From: Octopus bimaculoides
Taxonomy: Eukaryota
Reading direction: 5' to 3'
Assembly: GCF_001194135.2 (NCBI RefSeq)
Contig: NC_068987.1
Coordinates: forward strand, 11,704,034 to 11,768,033
Length of the DNA: 64,000 bases
Shown piece after piece: positions 54,514 to 63,100 of the stretch. The notes beneath the pieces are model-generated. The model was not told where the DNA came from. It ran no database searches and saw nothing but the letters and a program-made list of their open reading frames with translations. Numbering within the stretch: position 1 is the first letter of the stretch; each line of letters opens with the position of its first letter. Made by a program: the position numbers and the translations under genes.

Positions 54514-55744
54514 ATATATATATATATATATNNNNNNNNNNATATATATGTGTGAGTATTTGTGTGTGCATATGTGTGTGTATACTTATGAGTGTGTGTA
54601 TGTTTGTGAGTGTGTGTGTATGTTTGTGGGTGTGTGTGTATGTATATGTATTTGTGTACGTGTATTTGTGTGTGTGTGTGTGAGTGTATTTGTCTGTGTG
54701 CATGTGAGTAAGTGCATATGTTGTCTTGATTAGGGCCCTCAACTCATCAATAGAATCATAAACATTGTCTCAACATGTGGCATGTTCCATGTACTATTAT
54801 TAAGCTAGACTTTGGAACATAAATTAAGGATTAAATTTTGATGGAAGGTTTAAATTTGAATCACTTTAAACACGATGTTCTTATCATGGAATCAAGGATG
54901 GTCTCAGAAGGGTGAGTTTCAAAATGGCTAGATCTAGGAACGAAGCTTACCTGTTTGTTTTCCTGTTGTGTGGTCAACACTTGGACCTGTACCTTGGGAA
55001 TCAGTTCCTCCATTGTGGACAAGCCAATCATGGCGGTTACTTTGAGAATTTTTCCAATGGCATAAGTGTTCCCTTTCAAAGTCACAAGAAGCTGAAAAAA
55101 AACAAAAAATATACATATACATACATAAAAATAGAATGAGGCATGTCACCTCTAGACGGAAACAGCTGTAAGATATTATCCCATTTTCTGTCACTATATG
55201 TCATTTTTTTTTTAAATTACTGATATGACATAATATGTCACGTGTTTGTATATTGTTATTATTGTCCTTTTAGTAAACAAATAAACAAGTAAATTGACAC
55301 AATACAATGTCTGCAAGTTGATGAATACCACTTATTCCCCTCCGTTTTCTTATTGCCATATACATACATATTTATAAGTGCAGGCATGGTTGTGTGGTAA
55401 GAAGTTTGTTTCCCGACCACATGGTTCTGGGTTCAGTTCCACTGCATGGCACCTTGGGCAAGTGTCTTCTATTATATACTCTGGCTGACCAAAGCCTTGT
55501 GATTGGATTTGGTAGACAGAAACTGAAAGAAGCCTGTCATATATCATCATCATCATCATTTAACGTTCGCTTTCCATGCTAGCATGGGTTGGACGGTTTG
55601 ACTGAAAACTGGTAAGCCGGGGAGCTGCACCAGATTCCAGTCTGATTTGGCATGGTTTCTATGGCTGGATGCCCTTCCTAATGCCAACCACTTCAAGGGT
55701 GTAGTGGGTGCTTTTTCCATGCCACTGGCTTGGGTGCCATTGAC

Positions 55745-55777
<33 letters not shown>

Positions 55778-55787
55778 NNNNNNNNNN

Positions 55788-55819
<32 letters not shown>

Positions 55820-58800
55820 GTATGTATCTATGTGTGTATGTGTGTCTTTGTGTCTGTGTTTGTGCCCTACCACCACTTCACAATCGGTATTGGTGTGTTT
55901 ACATCCTTGTAACATAGCAGTTTGGTAAAATAGTCTGATAGGATAAGTATCAGGCTTAATAAAATAAGCACTGGTGTCGATCTGTATGACTAAAATTCTT
56001 TAAGGCAGTGCCCCAGTATGACCACAGTCTAGTGACAGAAACAACTAAAAAGTAACAAAGCACATTATTGTGTTTGCTTCATTTCATCTGATTGGGTTCA
56101 CTCCTTCTCAGATTGGCCAACCCTGATATAGTAGCTCCCTTTAAACAGGTCCTTTATTAAAACACTCTGGTTTAAGCCCTAATTTTCAATAAAGAGTTTA
56201 AATAAAGAAGCAAGATAATGAAATTATGATAACTGAGACATATTTAACTCCAAACTGCTCCTCACCATAGTCTTGTGCTGAAGGGATTTTTGTGCCAAAA
56301 TGTTAGGACAGATAAATAAAATAACAGGTAACTCACTAACATCTTTGTGGCCTTCAATTTGGCAAAATTTATCACTCATTTCATATTCTTGTAATGTTTA
56401 ACCCTTTCGTTACCAAGCTGGCTGAAACTGGCTCTGGCTCAGAGTACAAATGTCTGGTTTTCATAAGTTTTGAATTAAAACCTTCCACCAAACCTTAGTC
56501 ACAATTTATGTTCCTAACACTAGCTTAATGATAACTAAGTTGTTTAACTAAATTCTTTGTTATTTCAAATTAATTGAAAGAANNNNNNNNNNCTAAGTTG
56601 TTTAACTAAATTCTTTGTTATTTCAAATTAATTGAAAGAAACACAGAGCATCTCACCAGAAATATGGTAACAAAAAGGTTAAAATATATAATAGAGAAAC
56701 AATTCTTAACCCTTTTGTAACCAACTCGGCTGAATCCAACTCTGGCTCTGTAGTACAAATGTCTTGTTTTCATAAGTTCTGAATTAAAATCTTCCACCAA
56801 ACCACAATCACAATTTATGTTCCTAACACTAGCTGAATGATAACTATGTTATTTTACTAAATTCTTTGATATATTTAAAGTAACTGAAAGAAACGCAGAG
56901 CATCTCAAGAGAAATACAATAACGAAAGGGTTAAACAATACACTACTTTTAAATAATCATCTTACAGGACAAAGCAATAATAACTAACAAACAAACTTTA
57001 CACTGTTATACATTGAATTTAATTAAGAAATGAAAAATAAAAAAAAAAACAATTAGAAAAATTAGTAGTACTCAACTAGAAAATAAAATCTGTCTTTACT
57101 TACTGGGTGGTTTGCAGTGGTCATTTCCTACAGCGATATCATCAATGGCTATACCTCCTTTTGGTTTGTTACCACTCAAAACATAGAAAGACAACTGCAA
57201 AAGAATACTTTGAATATAATAATAGCTTCGAATTTTGGAACAGGGCCAGCAATTTTCCAGAGTGGGAAGTCGATTACATTGACCCCAGTACATGCCTGGT
57301 ACTTATTTTACAGATGCAAAAGGATGACAGATGAAATGCTACTTAGCATTTTGTACAGAATGCTAACAGTTCTGCCCACTTGCTTCTTTTATACTTCAAT
57401 GTAATAATAGCTTCGAATTTTGGCACAGGGCCAGCGGTTTTCCAGAGTGGGAAGTTGATTACATTGACCCCAGTACATACCTGGTACTTATCTTACAGAT
57501 GCCAAAAGGATGACAGATGAAATGCTGCCTAGCATTTTGTACAGAATGCTAACCTAATTAACCCCTTATTTTGTAGTTTTTACATCCACCGCTGCTTTCT
57601 TGAGCATCTCATTATCCTCCAACTTTTCTTCAACACCTCACCTGGATCCTTCCCCCACCTGGATCCTTCCCCCACCTGGATCCTTCCCCCACCTGCAGGG
57701 GTGGGGGCAGTATCTTCCACTTTAGGAACCCAAGTGGGTCAAAGAAATAGCCTTGGACTGATCAAAGGCCAGCGTGTGGACTTGGCTGAGAGAAAGTGAA
57801 AGAAGCTTCCCTGTAAATGAATGTTACTGCCATACAAACAGTCGTCGTCGTTGTCGTCGTTTAACGTCCGTTTTCCATGCTAGCATGGGTTGGACGATTT
57901 GACTGAGGACTGGTGAAACCAGATGGCTACACCAGGCTCCAATCTGATTTGGCAGTGTTTCTACAGCTGGATGCCCTTCCTAACGCCAACCACTCAGAGA
58001 GTGTAGTGGGTGCTTTTACGTGTCACCCGCACGAAGGCCAGTCAGGCAGTACTGGCAACGGCCACGCTCAAAATGGTGTATTTTATGTGCCACCCGCACA
58101 GGAGCCAGTCCAGGGGCACTGGCAACGATCTCGCTCGAAAATCCCACAACAACTGTTTTCAATCTTTCATGAAAACATGTCCATGCATGTGGAAATATTA
58201 CCTTATTTGGAGAAATAAGGGAGGGTTGGGGACAGGAAGGGCATCTGGTCATAGAAACTCTGCCCCAACTAATTCTGCCTGACCCATACAAGCATGGAAA
58301 CGTGGGCGTTAAAACAATGACAATGAAGATGATGACGATGATGATGATGTTGTTGATGATGATGGTACTGCTGCTACTGCCGGTGACGATGAAGGTGGTG
58401 GTGATGGTGGTGGGTGTGACAATGACATTGATAAGAACATCTGACCTGTAAATCTTCATAAGACTGTACTTCTAGTTCTGCAAAAGTCCATTCATTTGGA
58501 ACACCGTTGCCATCAATCTTTAAAAGTGTAAGTGTTTCATCCTTGACCTTTCTGAAGACTGTCAATCTTCCTGTGAAGGACCCTAAGGCTCGATAAAAGA
58601 ATTCTACACAGACTGTTCTATTGTGCATTGTTGGCATGTTGAATTTTGCATCGCTATATTTATTTGCCTTAGTGAGGTCAACATATATGTAATCACCTGA
58701 AAAGAAATGGAGAAATGAGTTGGTCAAGTTTGAGAGACATTAATGAAGAATTTATGGTGAAGATGGATATATCTGTCTCATGAGATTTGTGTTTTTTGTG

Positions 58801-60004
58801 GATGCTGACATGGTAAGAAATTTGATTTCTAACCACATGGCACTTCAGACAATGTGTTTGAGTGGATTTGGTAGATGGAAACTGAAAGATACCTGCTGTA
58901 CAAATACATGTATACATACATATATATACATATATATATTTCGTGGCACTCCGTTGGTTATGACAACGTGGGTTTCAGTTGATCCAATCAACAGAACAGC
59001 CTGCTCATGAAATTAACGTGCAAGTGGCTGAGCACTCCACAGACACGTGTCCCCTTAATATAGTTCTCGGGGAAATTCAGCATGACATGGTTGGCCCTTT
59101 GAAATACAGGTACAACAGAAACAGGAAGAAAGAGTGAGAGAAAGTTGTGGTGAAAGAGTACAGCAGGCAATGAAACATGGACCGTGACTGCTGAGGGCAT
59201 GCATAAGCTTGCATGGAATGAAGCTAGTATGCTCTACTGGATGTGTAATGTCAGTGTGCATAGTAGACAGAGTGTAAGCATCCCGAGAGAAAAGTTGAAT
59301 ATAAGAAGCATCAGATGTGGTGCGTAAAAGAGATGACTGTACTGGTATGGTCATGTGTTATGTGTGGATAAGGACAGCTGTCACACCCTAGCAGTAGAAG
59401 GAACCTGTGGAAGAGGTAGACCCAGGAAGACCTAGGATGAGGTGGTGAAGCATGACCTTTGAACGCTGGGCCTCACTGAGGTGATGACAAGTGACTGAGA
59501 CCTTTGAAGATATGCTGTGCTTGAGAAGACCTAACAGGCCAAGTGAGACTGTAACCGTGGCCTATGCCAGTGCAGCAGAACCACCCCATTTAAGAGTACC
59601 CTTAAATCATTGGGCAATAAAGTGCGCTTGTGGAGACCTGTTGAGGCAAGTGAAGTCGTTGTTGCTGATGACAGTACCGCCTGATTGGCACCCACGCCAG
59701 TGGCACATAAAAAGCACCATTTGACCAGTGCTGCCTGACTGGTCCTGTGCCAGTGGCATGTAAAAAGCACCATTCAAGCTTGATTGTTGCCAGTGCCACC
59801 TGACTGGCTTCGATGCCAGTGGCATGTAAAAAGCACCACTACACTCTCAGAGTGGTTGACATTAGGAAGGGCATCCAGCTGTAGAAACTTAGCCAGATCA
59901 GATTGGAGCCTGGTGCAACCTTCTGGCTTGCCAGCTCTCAGTCAAACTGTCTAACCCATGCCAAACATGGAAAACAGACTTTAAACGACGATGACGATGA
60001 TGAT

Positions 60005-60073
<69 letters not shown>

Positions 60074-60076
60074 ATA

Positions 60077-60116
<40 letters not shown>

Positions 60117-63100
60117 TATTTGTTTTATGTGAAGAAACATTGTGAAATAAATTCATTCTTACCCAATGATGATTTGTATGTATGGTCGTTATATTTTGGA
60201 TGGTTCGTGTTTGTAGTTATCTGCCAATTTAGAGTACTTGAAACACGTTGGAAGAGACTACATGTGCTTTCAAAATCACAGAACGACAGGAGTGATGTTT
60301 TAGTTTCTAAAAAGATTAAAAATAAAACAAAATAACAACAACAACAATAAAAATAATACTTAAAAAATAGTGCTTATGGGAACTACTTATATCCTATGAA
60401 AAATATTGTCTATGTAATCCTCAAAACATTTTAATTTGTAAACTTTGTCAAAAATACTTTTAAATGTACATAATGGCAAACACCTTTTATTGTCATTTTA
60501 AAATCACACTCAAATTTCATCAAATTACATTTAAAACAAACATCTAATTTTTTTATGTTTTGACAGATATTCTCTAGAATATTCTCTGTGCAAAACCAAA
60601 AATATGGTGCTCTAGTCATAACACCAGCTTGAACTTCTAACTTCTCTCTTGGTGCCACTGTAATTAAAACCAAAATTACCTGAACATTGTTTAGGTGTGA
60701 TCATTATATCGTCTAAAGCAATATCTCCAGCAAAACTTTTCCCCTTGGTTGCTTGAAATATAATCTGAAATAATGTCAAAACAATTTTGAATTTAGAAAA
60801 ATTTAACTCAAAACAACTGGGAGAAACTATCACTATTTCTTACTTTCCCCATATCTTACAACACCTATCCACTTACACTCCCTGTTTTCCTCTCCCTATT
60901 CACTTCTACTCACTTCCTATTTTAAGTGTCCACCCTTACGAATCATCATCGGTATTTTTATCTCTTTCCAACTCCACCTTGGTCACTCACATCCTTGCCA
61001 TTCCTACCCTGGTCACTCCAATCCTCACCACTCCCACCATTCCCGCTCTGGCCACTCTCACTCTGGACACACCTGCTCTGGACATTCTCACTTTGGGCAC
61101 TCCCATCTGGCACAAGATCACCTCACCCAATGCCCCCTCCCCTCTCAAAGATTCCTTGTCTTGCAAAGTTACTTGGTGACCCTGTCAGTGCAGGTGCCAC
61201 TTAAAAAGCATCCAGTCCACACTGTAAAGTGGTTGGCATTTGGAAGGGCATCCAGCTGTAGAAACTATGGCAAAACTGACCTCTCCTGTGCTGGTGGCAC
61301 ATAAAAAGCACTCAGCCCACTCTGTGGAGTGGTTGGTGCTAGGAAGGGTATCCAGCTGTAAAGAACATGCCAAAAACTGACCTCAGTTGTGCTGGTGTCA
61401 TGTAAAAAGTACTCAACCCACTGTGCTGTGTGGTTGGTGACAGGAAGGGCATCCAGCCGTAAAAACCCTGCCAAAACAGACACACAAGTATGGTGCAGTT
61501 TTCTACCTGGCCAGCTCCTAGTCAAACCGTCCAACCCATGCCAGCATGGAAGGAGGATGTTAAACTATGATAATGATGATGCTGATGACGATGACAGAGA
61601 CCAACATTAGAATATCATAGAAAAGGCCTTTATCTTATGCTTTTAACTTGGTTGAGTCATTGGACTGTGGCCATACTGGGGCAATGCCTTGAATGGTTTA
61701 GTCAAACAAATCACTGCCAGTGCATTTTTTAAAGCCTGTACTTACTCTGTTAGTGTCTTTTGCCAAACCACTGAGTTACAGGGATGTAAACAAACCAGTC
61801 CTGGTTGTCAAGTGGGTGTCAATGGGACCAATGCAAAAGAAACTCAAAGACACAAATACATAGATTATGCCTCACCTCTCACATACATACATACATACAT
61901 ACATACATACATACACATACATACATATATACATATGCATACAAGCATACACATACATACATACATATACATACAAGCATACACATACATACATGCATAC
62001 ATACATACATGCATGCATATACATACAAGCATGCATACATACATACATACACATACATACACATACATACACACACACATACATACATACATACATATAC
62101 ATACATGCATGCATACATATACATACAAGCCTACACACACACACATACATACATACATACATACATACATACATACACACACNNNNNNNNNNNNNNNNNN
62201 NNNNNNNNNNNNNNNNNNNNNNNNNNNNNNNNNNNNNNNNNNNNNNNNNNNNNNNNNNNNNNNNNNNNNNNNNNNNNNNNNNNNNNNNNNNNNNNNNNNN
62301 NNNNNNNNNNNNNNNNNNNNNNNNNNNNNNNNNNNNNNNNNNNNNNNNNNNNNNNNNNNNNNNNNNNNNNNNNNNNNNNNNNNNNNNNNNNNNNNNNNNN
62401 NNNNNNNNNNNNNNNNNNNNNNNNNNNATACATACATACATACATACATACATGCATACATGCATACATACATACATACATGCATACATACATACACACA
62501 CACATACATACATACATACATACATACATGCATACATACATACATACATACATACATACATACATACATACATACATACACACACACACATACATACATA
62601 CATACATACATGCATACATACACACACACATACATACATACATACATACATGCATACATAATCCGGGCTTCATTCAGATTCCATCTGCCAAATTCATTCA
62701 CAAGGCTTTGGTCAGTCCAAGACTATAAAGGAGACACTTGCCCCAGATGTCACTTAGTGGGACTGAACCCAGGACCATATAGTTGGGAAGTAAGCTTCTT
62801 ACCCATACAGCCATGCCTGAGCCTTAAAATAGATATTTTAACAATAAGTCTTTTAGATCATTAATTTTTGGATATCAGTTTCTGATAATTCGGATATCAA
62901 AATACCTGCAGTGCTTGTGGTCCTCTGATGTTTACTTTACCATTTATCCATTTGTTTCCTTGAGATTTCCTCTTCTGCCAAGCAACTACATCAGATTTGC
63001 CTCTGTATACCACAGACAATGTACCAATTCCATTTCCGAACATGTGATACCAAAAACTTAGACACCATTCCTGTGATCCAGGTACTTGAAATTTGGGACT

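Noticed and set aside
55133-55190. GAAACAGCTGTA, a palindromic stem III plus GUA, just upstream of exon 6
   Set aside because: The CUGANGA half is absent (GAATGA) and stem II is poor; at most a decayed remnant.
56536-56640. Direct duplication of about 47 bp inside a MITE
   Set aside because: The two copies straddle a 10-N gap and are identical, so this is most likely a contig-overlap artefact.
60787-61179. 130-aa Thr/Pro/Leu-rich ORF resembling a mucin linker
   Set aside because: It is on the strand opposite the gene, arises from a degenerate ~15-bp repeat, and exons 1-2 join without it.
61689-62864. Longest ORFs in the track (up to 391 aa, HTYI repeats)
   Set aside because: They come from a (TACA)n microsatellite plus an N gap.
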